From the NCBI GenBank assembly GCA_964036045.1, contig OZ038379.1, positions 20,770,001 through 20,834,000 of the forward strand: 64,000 nt of DNA. The letters are read 5' to 3'. Positions 46,131 to 58,240 of the stretch are shown here, piece after piece. The notes under the pieces are model-generated. The model was not told the origin of the DNA. It saw only the letters and a program-made list of their open reading frames with translations, and did no database searches. The first letter of the stretch is position 1. Every line of letters starts with the position of its first letter. The stretch comes from Eutreptiella sp. 'Long Island Sound 2002'. Its lineage: Eukaryota > Protista > Euglenida. A program made the translations under genes and the position numbers.

Positions 46131-49100
46131 ATTACTTCGTAACAAAATAAAAAAAACCCACTGAGAAATTTACTTAGTAAAAAAAAATTTTGCTAAAAAA
46201 TTACTGAGTACAAAAAAAAATCTCTAAAGCCATTTACTTAGTGCAAAAAAATTTTCACTAAGCAAATCACTTAGTAAAAAACCCACCCGCAGAGGAAAAA
46301 CTCAGCAAATAAATATTTTTCACTAAGTTTTGAAACTTAGTAAAAAAAAGTGTTTTTTTTAAAAAAAAATTACTAAGCCTTACCACGGACCCTATGCACA
46401 ATCTGTTGTATTGTTCTCCTGATACTTTGCGGCGGTCGCTTTCAGTTGCAAGCAACCTTTGAACTTTGCAGTGCCCTGGGCAGAACTCCCCCCCCCCCCC
46501 GTCATGTGATGCTGAAGCTGTCTTGAGTGTGGTTTACTTCTTACATGGGTGCTTGGGGTTTCATTGCCGAGGTGGCAGGGGGGGGGGGGTGCCATAAAGG
46601 TGAGTAAGTGTAGCGGTTGGCTGGGGGGCTGCCCATGAGTGGCCTGCCCCCTACCTCAAACGGTTGATTCGGAATCAGGCTCTTCTCACTGAACCGGAAT
46701 AGGGTTCTAGGATACAAATCATGTTTGATCATGAAAATTGGCCTCTGATTCCGTCTCCTAAGTCGTTGGATCTCAAAGAGGGAGGAAATTTTGCTAATGA
46801 GAATTTCTCTCCTCCAGCAAAACGGTCAAGATACCAACTTGCTGTAGACACCACACCAGAGTTTTATCGGATGCATGGAATGGGGGAGATATGACAAGCG
46901 CAGATACAATCATGCCTTTTCAAATCCATGTGGAGAGCACATGCCGCTACTTTGACGTATTCGGGCATGCTATCGTCGAGTATATCCCGAGTCTTATTGT
47001 TTGTGCTGGAAGCAGGTACAAAAACCATACTGAAAATGGAGACACACATGACCCCAATGACTGTACTCAAAGAAAGTGAACAATCCAACACAACAGGATG
47101 CAATCGAATTACTCTCAGACTGCAGTGTGAAATCAGAAAGATCACTAATCAATTCGTTGTCAAACAATTGTTTAGGAGCTGAGGCAATTGCAACTGTGAT
47201 AAGTGCGAGTCATGTGCGGGAGGCACAGCGGGCGACACATTGCGGGTGAGAGAAAATTCTGGCAAAAAAAAATAGTCAAGCCCTACCGTGAAAACTTTCA
47301 GAAGTGATAACGAAAATTACCCATCAAAAATCCCTCCAAATTGTGCCAAACACCATTAATGAGGAACAGCCACCGCAACCTGCAAAGCTGAAGCAGGGCG
47401 GGTGATACCTCGGCAACAGAACTGTAATCACCACATATGGGGACATTGCTCATGATGCTTCAATAATCGCACAGTCTTCCTCATTCGAGTCTCTGGATCA
47501 ATAATCTTGGCATGTTGGTACAGTACTCGCCCTCAATTGCTCTGACCCGACGCTGTCCTCAGGTCCCATAACAACGCGCCCAACTGGCAACTGTGGACAT
47601 CTCAAAATGACCACCCCTGCCTGGGACATAACACCCTTCCCCAACTGGTGGGCCATGGCTCAGCCACATATGCAACATCACCTCCCTATGACAAAGAGGA
47701 GTCTAACGTCTCTGGGCCTTAGTGGATTGAGGAAGAAATTCCTAGCGTTGAAGAACACTGTCAATTCCTGCAGCAGCAACCACTGAGTACAACATACGGG
47801 GAGACGGGAATTCATGGAGGCATTGTACGACAGCCATCACTCCAGCCACAAAACCCCACAAAAGCCAGCAATCCCGAAACGGCTGTATAACCCATCCTTT
47901 CCTGTCATGGTTTTATCAGCATGCATACAAATCAAATGATACTCTCTTGTCGACAATACGTGCAGATACGCGCCGCTCGGTACTTTGCTCGGCGAAAAAT
48001 CGGCCTGCACCCTCGAGCGCTTCATACCCATCCCTACGGGCTACCTGATCGGGCTTCTGCAAGCAAAGAATCACTTTGAAAAAAGAACACCAGGCCAGGG
48101 CCCATGCTTATCCTCTTTTGAGGTTGGAGGTTTTGATAACAACATTGACGGCGCATCTCTTTGGACATTTCAGACCCACATCGAGGCACTCGCCTAGGTG
48201 GAGATTGCTGCTGGAGCAAGGGGAAACAAGGGTTGGTCAGAGTTTACAATGGCCTGACCATGGTGTACAATGGCGTACAATGGCGTACACGTGTCAGCAA
48301 GGGTCAATACGGGTCAGCAAAATCATCATTGATCTACACAGGGCAGCAAAGGGTTTGTCAGTTGCGTGCTCGGGAGGTGCTTCAACAGGCACCGGAGCAG
48401 GACAACGTTAAATACGCAACGCTGAGCCACGTGTTAGGAGCAGTTAGGAGCAGGGGATCATGTTTCAAGCAACAACACATTTTCCCCCACTTCGATACGG
48501 TCACCGCGCTCACTTGTCCACATCTCACTGGCCCCGCTGCCTTCCCCTCGAACCAAGTGCTTGGCTTCATCCAACTGAGGCAGGCTGCAAAGGCTGCTCG
48601 TTAAGTTGGTGATTGGCTGGCCCTCCCATGAGACAATGGCGTCATCTTCCGGCTTGACACCCACCCTTGGTAAGTAGTGAGCCCGTGCCTCTCGCAACTC
48701 CTCCTGTCGCGGTCAGGCAGCCGGTCAGCCCTGCATTTTGCCACAGTTTGCGAGTTTACACTCCCTCAAGAAGCGTCTCCGAGCTGGCCTTTGCTGAGAA
48801 ACCCCGGCGACGCGGGGAGGGGGCCATTGGCTCTCGCACACGCTTGGACATGAACGGCAACACGATTTGCAGACGCGTGCAATGGTGCGCAGAAATACAA
48901 AATAGAGGTAGTGGTGGCAGGGTGGGTGTCAGAATCCTGCATTCTTCACAGGCGGCCTGCAATCAGGGGCTATTTGGGTGCACCTTGGCCAGCTTGCGCT
49001 GCAGCATCTCAAGTTCCTTTGACAGGTTGGCGGGTACTTGCCCGATCTCCGAATCTGGGACTAGGGGCTTTCCTGCGCTCAACAGCTCCAGCCGCTTCGA

Positions 49101-50458
49101 CAAATCCTGTGGCACTTGCCCACTCTCTCCAACTTGGAGCGAGGGTCCCGTAGCGCCGCCACGTGCCTGCCATTTTGGATTAGCAGCGGTTGACAAAGCA
49201 ACGGCTGAGATGTCCTCCGCAGAGACCACAGCTGGAGGTGAGGGCTTGGCAAATTGAAGGGATGATACTAGCGGGTCTGGGGCAGTCTTCGGGATGTCGA
49301 GGAGTTCGATGGATGGACGCGTGGGTTCTGGGGTTGAAGTGCGTGGCACCAAAGATGTGAAGAGTGGCGCTCTAGCGGGTGCGGCGGGTGACCGGGGCCG
49401 CTCGGTAGTGGAAGAGTGGGAGGAAACTGAGAACAAACATCGTGCATTCTGGTGCGGTGAATGAGATGGGAAGGTGGGGAACTGCGACACATATGGGTGA
49501 CTTGTTTTGCCCTTGATTTCTGGCACGGTATTCGGTAATGAGGAAGTTAATACCCTTGTGCATCGGTAGGATATGCATTTTCAATTGTGCCCGGACGACA
49601 TGGTGCCCATCCGCATGGAGGAGGAGGCCATCAGGGCGCGGATGGTGCACATGACCCGCCTCGACAAGCGGTACAAGGATGGCACCATGCGTGATTTCAG
49701 ACGAGGGACGAGGACTTGGTTTGTTGAGAGCGAGGAAGGTTGTGAGGCGTTTCATCCATATCATGAAGCACCAAAATTCACCAATAAGAACTTGCGGTTT
49801 GTCCGAGGTTTGTGTCGTGCGTCGCGTGATGGTCAAAGGGTCAAACACGTGCAAAGCGGTGCAAGAGCAAGGCAAGTACTTTCGCGCCTCTTTGAAGGGG
49901 AGACTGCACACGCGTGCATACTTGCAAGGCTGGGGGCTTGAATTGCTGGCACAGGGTTGTAGATGTTGTCAAAACGCTTTTTCAGGATGCCGATCTCAAG
50001 CCGCATTTCTCGCAAATCCGTTAGCCGAGGCTCGTAGAACTTGTGCAACTCTCGAATTTGAGCTTGAAATGCCTCTTGCCTTTGGCACACCCCATTCAAC
50101 GCAGCCTTGGTGGAACAGGAGGTTGAGAGGCATGAAAAGAATACAGAGATGGAATGGAATCCACATGGCTAGTAAGCAAGCCACACGCTAACGACGTGCT
50201 CCCACAATCAAACAAAAAATAGCACAGGTGTGACCATCAATGAAACTGTACAATAATGGAAAGAAGATATCATCCTTAAGTCCGATGTGCAAGATACACA
50301 AGGGGCCAATGAGATACTGCAAGACCCGCGTCATGCATCGTAGGGCAGGCAAGGAGGCTGAGCGTGTGAACACAGCTGTGTTACGGGCACCTTGAGATTA
50401 ACCTCCCCTCCCCTTGTGCTATGGTGTTAACACAGGGCCCCACTGGAGGGTGAAATGA

Positions 50459-50575
50459 CCCCCCCCTGTGTGACATTCCGTCGGGTCGCTGTTTCTTTAC
50501 GGGGCCCTGGACAGTCACTCGTTCTTTCCTTCGTATGCTGCGTCGGGTCGCTGCGTCCTGTCGGCCGCTGCGGCC
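50459..50575 (+). repeat. Dispersed repeat; second copy at about 52325-52440
   Basis: ccccctgtgtgacattccgtc...tctttacggggcc.tggacagtcac...tgcgtcgggtcgctgc...tgtcggccgctgc is shared between the two sites. Confidence 0.85.
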
Positions 50576-50880
50576 TGTGTTCCCCCCCTCTACCCCCGGC
50601 CACATTGAATTGCAGAGATGGTACTACTGGGGAGGGGATTTTTTGCTCCCAAAATTGGACGGTGTTAACACAGTGGCACAAGGGGAGGGGGGGCAAAGCA
50701 CCCATGACTAAGCGAGTCCACATGCCCAGGTGGTATCAGGTGCATGTGACACGACACTTTTTGCCAGTTTGAGTGCCATGCCTTGTGTTGTCATTTCGAA
50801 GGTGTGTCATACAATTTACAACATCTTTATAACATGCACATTGCACACCACATGGAATTTGAACTCTTGGTTGTCATTGA

Positions 50881-51220
50881 TGTTGTGTTGTGTTGTGTTG
50901 TGTTGTGTTGTGTTGTGTTGTGTTGTGTTGTGTTGTGTTGTGTTGTGTTGTGTTGTGTTGTGTTGTGTTGTGTTGTGTTGTGTTGTGTTGTGTTGTGTTG
51001 TGTTGTGTTGTGTTGTGTTGTGTTGTGTTGTGTTGTGTTGTGTTGTGTTGTGTTGTGTTGTGTTGTGTTGTGTTGTGTTGTGTTGTGTTGTGTTGTGTTG
51101 TGTTGTGTTGTGTTGTGTTGTGTTGTGTTGTGTTGTGTTGTGTTGTGTTGTGTTGTGTTGTGTTGTGTTGTGTTGTGTTGTATTGTGTTGTGTTGTGTTG
51201 TGTTGTGTTGTGTTGTATTG
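50881..51220. repeat. (TGTTG)n pentanucleotide microsatellite, about 68 units
   Basis: Directly visible, with two TATTG variants. Confidence 0.98.
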
Positions 51221-52141
51221 TTTTGTGGCTTCATTCTGCTCAAGGGCCATGGTCACTGTGTTGGTCATGTTCGGGGTTGGTACTAGGTACTTGTGGGCTT
51301 GTGGAAACACGGCGACCCTGTGCTTCCGCGCTTTTGGGTTTCTTTGGGACCACCGTTTTCGTTTGCGGTTGCAACCCAATAGAGAACCCAATATAGAACC
51401 CAATAGAGAATGTAGTTTGTAGCTTTGTGCAGACTGCAGGAAGGGTCAACATGGGTGTAGAAGTGGTGGTGCAGCTCTCCCAAGAACAACAATGGAAAGA
51501 AGAGATTGGAAGAGATGCGCAAATGATATACTTTGAGGTCCATGTACTGTGCATCACCACTACTCGTGGATGTAGGAAGGTGAGAGCTCACATATTGGCC
51601 AATAGTAGCTTGGTTCTCTTGGAGTTGAACGACGGTTTGCTTCAATTGTTCGATCTCGAAGTGGTGTCCAGCGTGTTCCGCTAGGCGATCTTGGCGCTCC
51701 TTTTCTAGTTCTCTATGAGAAAAATGGAGGAGAGCTTATAGCCAAGCACAAAAGTTCTTCCCGCCGGGAAAACCCAACCAGCCACACCCCACACTTGAAA
51801 AAACCACAAATGCGCCTTGCCGTTTTTTTCTGGCAATTTAATGTCCTAACACCTCAAGTTGCGGAGCGTTAGCCCTTTACCACCAAAGTTGGACGCATGA
51901 CACCAACATGTGAGGCATTGAGGCTATCTCACCCGCCGGTCACGGATTCTCGTTGTCGACCATATGATGTTGAGATGGGAGGACTCATTGCCACACTACG
52001 AGAGCCATGCATGCGCGTGAACTTCATTTGGTCGTTGTGATCGTCACGTCGAGGGGTCAATGATGCAACGAAGGCAATCCGCGAAAGCAAAGCAACGTGT
52101 GGCGACGAGGCCACATCGACGGCTGGGGGTGGGGCAAAGGA

Positions 52142-52149
52142 AGAGAGAG

Positions 52150-52244
<95 letters not shown>
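52142..52244. repeat. (GA)n microsatellite
   Basis: Directly visible. Confidence 0.98.
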
Positions 52245-52247
<3 letters not shown>

Positions 52248-52724
52248 CGCGAAATTAGCTTGTGATGGTGGCAACCCTTGGAGGTTTCGTGACGCCGTGG
52301 ATTCCGCAGATCCCAGCCTTGCCCACCCCCTGTGTGACATTCCGTCTGGTTGTTGCTTCTTTACGGGGCCTTGGACAGTCACCCGTTCTTCCCTTCGCAT
52401 GTTGCGTCGGGTCGCTGCTTTCTGTCGGCCGCTGCAGCCGGTGCTCCTGCTGGTGTCGTTTACGCGTTTGCGGAGCCCAGTGGTTGGTGTGCTGGGGCTG
52501 TGCTGGATGTGGCATGGTGTGCCGTTTGTGTGCCAGCGGCGCCCAGTAGTTGGCGTATTGGTGTTGTGCTGATTGTTGCGGGGGTCGTTTGACTGTTTTT
52601 GCTGACCACACCCCTCCGTCCTCCGGCCGTCCACAATCTGCCTCGTTGCGTTTCCATGTGCGTGAAGCCCAGGTGCCCTGTTCCTCCGTCGGAGGTTCCC
52701 TTGCCTGGCCCACCATTCCTTTCC

Positions 52725-53040
52725 ACAGGGCGCCTCAGGGGCCCCAGCGGTGGCCCACTGGGTGCTGGATCCCCTGAGCGCAGGCGAACAACGGCGTTGT
52801 GCCGCAGGGACCCCAGGGTTGGCTCCCTGAGTGCCTGATCCCCTGCGCACACTGGTGGCTCCACAGCCCACTGGGTGCAAGGTCCCCTAAGCGTGGACGG
52901 ACATAGGCGGCGTGCTGCAGGGGCCCCAGGGTTGGCTCCCCGAGTGCCTGATCCCCTGCGCGCACTGCCGGCTGCACAGAACGCCTCAGGGCCCAGTGGT
53001 GGCCCACTGGGTGCTGGGTCCCCTGGGCCCAGGCAGGACC
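52725..53040. repeat. GC-rich short tandem repeat, about 113-130-bp units
   Basis: cagggttggctccc.gagtgcctgatcccctgcgc.cact occurs twice about 113 bp apart, and gcccactgggtgc occurs three times. Confidence 0.7.
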
Positions 53041-53274
53041 CCCCCCGCCCTCTCCCTCCTTGGATTTTGCGGATTCCGGGGATCCCGCAGATTTTAGAAG
53101 CGCATTTTAGCTTGGATGACTAGAGAACGACCAAACCAAGCCATGGCGGCCCGGCCCCGACGCCCGAGCCTCCAGCCCCCCTCCTCCCCCCTCCCGACAT
53201 GTCTGCGGGACCTCCCTTTGTTGAAGTCGTTTTGTTGGACCTTGCGGTTTGCGAGGCGCCAACGAATCTTTTGA

Positions 53275-55040
53275 CTAATGTGCATGGGACCTGCGACCAT
53301 CTTGACATGCAACGCTAGGAGAAGGTTCTGCATGGTCCCATTCCTGAGTGCTCATCTTTCGCAATTCCTCATACCTTTGCAATCGAGCCACCTCGGTCTC
53401 CAAGTCCGTTTTGACTTGCAACATAGTGTTTTGACAACTTTGGCACAATTCCAAGGCACTGTGCAACTCATTCAGAATGGTAGGGTCCCTTTGAAGGCCA
53501 AAACGTTCCGGAAGTTCCATGTCGGCCTTCCCCGTTGGTTCTTGAGAAACATAAGTCGCCGTTTGAAAATGAGCACGATCTTGAGATTCCATGTGCGCCT
53601 TCGTCTTAGCTTGCAACGGCACCAACTTTGAGAGATTAGGGGACTGCGAACCGTGGTGAGGGGAGCCGTGGTTGGCCTGGGTACCCGCACGTTGAGCCAT
53701 TGTTTGCGGCACTAGTGCTACGTGGGGGCCACCAACATAGTGCGCTTGATCAAGATCTTGGGTGGAGGCATGCTCATTCCAATAACCCATTCCACCTTCG
53801 GTGTTTTGGGGTTGTGGAATGGAATCGCTTTGTAAAGCCGCTTGGAAATCCAGGTGCCATGCTTCATAGGGTGTTTCCTCCTCCAGGTGGGAGGGCTCCG
53901 GTTCATAGCCGAAGGTTACCTCTACGTTTCGGGGACCTTGCACTGCTCTTTTCTTGGGTTGGTACCAGGGCGCATCACGGTCAATCTTGTATGCTCCACA
54001 ACACTTCATTTGTTGTGGGCTTAGTTGATTCCACGGCACATCCTGAGCAACCGAGAGTGAAATGGGTGCTCAATATGGCATTGGGTAGCGTTCAAGGCCG
54101 GACTAGGACAATGTGACTTGTCTGTTGCTTCAGTCCTTTCGGCGACATTTTGAAGGGTGCAACCTGAAATATGGTGCGGCCTAATACACGGTATGGTCCA
54201 TGAAAGCGTGCAGTTCCCTCCAATATCTCTCTAAGGTTTGTTAGTTTTCTAAATTCCGCATGCCTTGTTTTTTTTTGCACGTTTCTACACTCGCTCAACT
54301 CCTTTAATCCGTGAAACATGCATTAAAAATGTCCAAAATTCAACCTCCAACCACGAGACGTCTGCCTAGGTGCCAATCCCAAGGTACCAATACTTCGATG
54401 GATGCAATAAATCCCGGGTCCTATTTTCGCTTAATCGGCGAAAGAGTCCTAATGACCTGTTTTGCATTTGTTCGAGGGCACAAAAAGCAAAATATTGTTT
54501 CCACAACTTCAGAAATGATCATGTTCCAATATTCAGTTCAAATGTTTTGTCTATTATTCAATCAAAACCCCAATATATTGTTCTCTTACTATCTCTAATG
54601 TTGTCATCAACCCTTGTAGAAAATCCACGTTACATGTACAATACTTGCCATTCATAGATTCCAATTCCAATAATTCCGAGCCTCCGTTTTGTACTTCCAT
54701 GGCTAACACGACTAGTTTGCTTCTTTGCTCATTGCCAACCTTTTTGGTGACCGAAAGGGGGAGGGGTTGATTTTTCGCTTTCGCTATGCTTTTGATAGTA
54801 AGTTTTGATTCGAAATAGCATCATCCATATCCGAAGACTGAGTGCACTATGTCAAGTTGCTAATTTGTACGATGCACGTGTTGCATGGCTTTGAAGCAAA
54901 CACACATATTGAAAGAAGCTTGATGTGCCAAGAAATTGGTAGGTCAAAGCCACATGGGACTTGGATGGCTTGGTTAGGATGGTCACAAACCGTCCTGGTA
55001 TCTTCTCTAATCTGCAATCGGCAGCGAAAGCTTCGCAAGT
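53275..55040 (-). mobile_element. Probable decayed Ty3/gypsy-like integrase C-terminus followed by an additional 254-codon coiled-coil ORF
   Basis: The stop-ridden frame reads LEIVREQYIGVLIE...HDHF...ILLFVP...AKIGPGIYCIH, resembling the GPY/F tail of gypsy integrases. ORF 53275-54039 is open and ends in a helical segment. Confidence 0.3.
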
Positions 55041-57536
55041 AAGCACGGGGCAAAGCTCAATAGTGGAAAAATATTCCTAAAGCTGCAGTACACACGGCGC
55101 CAAGCTCAATAGTGGAAAAATATTCCCAAAGTTGCAGTACACAAAGAGAGTTTCTTGTGTTTGCGCCTTCCTTGTGTTCTAGATCAGATCCTATTTATAA
55201 TAACCGTTCATGACACATTTCACATGCTGTACGTATTTTTCACTGAGAGATACCAGGGTATCATACCCCCGGGAAAAAGGGGAGTTGTTCAGAGGCCAAG
55301 GGGGGATTTTCCTTGGGTTTGGCCACCAAACTCCCCATATCGACCCCTATGACCCCACGCTGAGGGTCCTATCTCTGGCCCCATGGAGAGTTAGAAGCTC
55401 CCATTTTCTTCTATTGAGGGGCCATGGTCCCCTCTTGAAAGGGTCCATGAGGGCCAGAAATGGTCCTGGTTTCCTGGGCCTGTGCATCGCCGTCAGGGAG
55501 TGATTTTGGCAAGAATGGTGTCTTGGGCTGACTTGGCGACCTCGTAGCTCCACGGGAAATCCGAGGGAGCCAAGGGACACAGGACCTGTACTAAAGCAAG
55601 GCCACATTGGTATCCTTCTACCTTACCATTGTCTTACGTCGCATTGGGCTCCCATTTGGGCACTTATGGCCATGCAATACGGTCCTTCCTTCTATGATGC
55701 GACCCACCAATGATAGAGCAGTAGTACCTTTCGCTGCCCTGTATTCAGCTGGGTCGACACCCACCGTGGCACCACTTCCTTTGCCTACTGTGTACCCAAG
55801 AAGAACACACAAAATAGCATGGAGTGCTCTCTGGCGGCAACCTGAGGCGGCCACGAATGCTTCTCTAATGCTCTGCCTCAGCCCAGATCGCCCAGGACAC
55901 AAGAAGGCCAGACTTGACCCCTCACTCGGGCCATGCGAGGGTAGACTCCCACCAACCAAGTACATACCTCTCCAGCACAATCCCCAAGGAGTAACTTACT
56001 GGTTTTGTTAACTATGAGGGACAACTACCAAACAACCCTTGGTCACGTTGCTCTCTCGTAAAGAGAGAGGCATCTGATCAGTGCAAGTTGAGCCACCATG
56101 AGTGTAGGCCAACCGAGATCAATGACAGACCACCTGACTAGCCTTATGGAAGTTCACCCTCAGATGACCCCATTGTTGGAATCTCATCGCCCATGGGGAT
56201 GCCCAAAGCCTATGATCTCAGCATTCTTTCTTTTCTTTTTGCCTTTTGGATCCTTACCACCCCTGCAGCTCATAATGTCTAAGATCCAGATTGGACTTGG
56301 TTTGTGGTGCTATCCATCATTGGGCCTGATTCCTAACTGGGTATACACCAAGGGTCTGCATCTCCGCAGCCCTCAAAGTTACCGCAGTTTGTGTAACTCA
56401 AGAGGTAGGGACATCACGCGTATGTATGTATCTTGACTCGGAATTTGATGTCTGCTTCGCTTTTCTTCGTTTTATGCTCTATTTCGCTCATAGAGGGAAA
56501 TACAGTTGAAGTCAAATACAACATAACAAGCCATGCGCATCGTGACAGTGCCCAAGTTGAATTTGATGGAATGCCCAAGTTGAATTTGATGGACTCCGGA
56601 CCCTCTTTGGTGTCTTCGTTATGTGCCACTTCTTTGGATTCAAATGGTAAGGTAGTACCTTATCAAGGGAACCTAAAACCCCTTGCCGTAAGAGGAGGGG
56701 GGGGGGTTGGCACCATTCCAAGTCTGGTATCCCCTCCCTGGGACCCCCCAGACATGCATTGCACCAACTAGACGTGCATTGCACCAACTGCAGCAAGACA
56801 TCAAAGGGAAAACTTTTGCTGAACCATGGAACCAACCATGCGATGATGCTTACGACTGTTCCTTCTTTCAAACTAGTGACAATTGAAGCACTTAAAACTA
56901 CGCGTAGGGGAAAACCCCGCTAACTTGGACTGACGCGCGGCGCGCAGAGTTTTGAGATTTTCTCGAAATTCTTGGGAGATGAGACGCCGACAAGCTGGGA
57001 ACGTCTTTTTTGAGTGTCTGTTTACCAGGTGCACTATTTAGAATTTCGTCGAAGCGACGATGTTACGTCGAAAATTTGTCGAACTTTCCTACCCTTTGAG
57101 GGCACCTTTTTACCCCAACCCCACTAATTTGGACTGAGTTGTACTTAAACGCATTTGAATAACTTTGTGCCACTGTTTGCGTTGGACGTTGCGTTTTTTG
57201 CGTTGGGCAGCCTGCAGCCCTCTAGTGCTGTCTAATTCACGCTTTGGGTAGTCTTTGTGTTGGTGTTGTGCTATACTTGTTGGGGGTTTGTTACCTTGAA
57301 GTGATACTTTGGTCATTCATCATGTGCCCTAGGCATGGCATGTCCTTCGGACATGATGGGCCAAATTCGGCCATTGCCCAAATGTGAAGTTTGCACGTTG
57401 CTGTTTGGGTGTTTGGGCACCGGGTGAGGCAAGTTTTACAGGTTTAACTAATAGTTGGGGTGCTTTGGTGTCAAGTGTACTTTTGTCATTTTCGCATCTG
57501 CAAAATTGTGGCATCACCTGTCATGATGGTTGGGAG

Positions 57537-58240
57537 GCTTAGGACTAAAGGCAGCCAGTAAAGGATCTGCCCACATTGCGCACGCGCATCCGCTGTCAAA
57601 TTTTGACAGAACTGAAAACCCTTTATTTTTCTCTGAATACATTTTTGACAAGGGAAACAGATGCCCTCTGCTGTGCTCCATCGCACGGTGCATCTCTCCG
57701 AGTGTCCTTTGCTGATTCAGATTTTCAGATTTCCCATCCCTTAAAAAATATCTCACAAGCAGCTCTTGACTGCATCGTTCGACTGGGTGGACCCTGAGGT
57801 GGGTTCCGGTCCCCACCCCTCCACCCAACCCCACCCTGTGCCTCCACCTACCGACTAAGGACTATCGCTTAGGACTACGCGTAGGACTCAAGGATCTGCC
57901 CACATTGCGCACGCACATCCGCCGTCAAATTTTGACAGAACTGAAAACCCTTTATTTTTCTATGAATACACTTTTGACAAGGGGGACAGATGCCCTCTGC
58001 TGTGCTCCATCGCACGGTGCATCTCTCCGAGTGTCCTTTGCTGATTCAGATTTTCAGATTTCCCATCCCTTAAAAAATGTCTCACAAGCAGCTCTTGACT
58101 ACATTGTTCGACTGTGTAGACCCGGAGGTGGGTTCCGGTCCCCACCCCTCCACCCATTTTCCCATTTTCGGTTATGCAAGCGCAGGCGCCAGATGTGGGC
58201 AGATCCTTTAGTCCTACGCGTAGTCCTAAGCGATAGTCCT
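57537..58240. mobile_element. Tandem dimer of a MITE; the right copy (57858-58240) has 48-bp TIRs
   Basis: 57858-57905 matches the reverse complement of 58193-58240 at 47/48. The body 57560-57835 is nearly identical to 57890-58160. Confidence 0.85.

Noticed and set aside
46860-50200. Gag/pol-like ORF fragments (e.g. 48963-49526, 49573-49941)
   Set aside because: Probably another decayed element, but strand and family could not be fixed and no diagnostic motif was seen.
50730-51422. Long ORFs such as (CCVVL)n and (QHNTT)n
   Set aside because: These are products of the (TGTTG)n microsatellite. The same applies to ORFs over (GA)n at 52142-52244 and (GGA)n at 40661-40703.
55250-56770. Possible further YR or RT relic (VRIQKAK motif)
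   Set aside because: A single weak motif in heavily interrupted frames is insufficient support.
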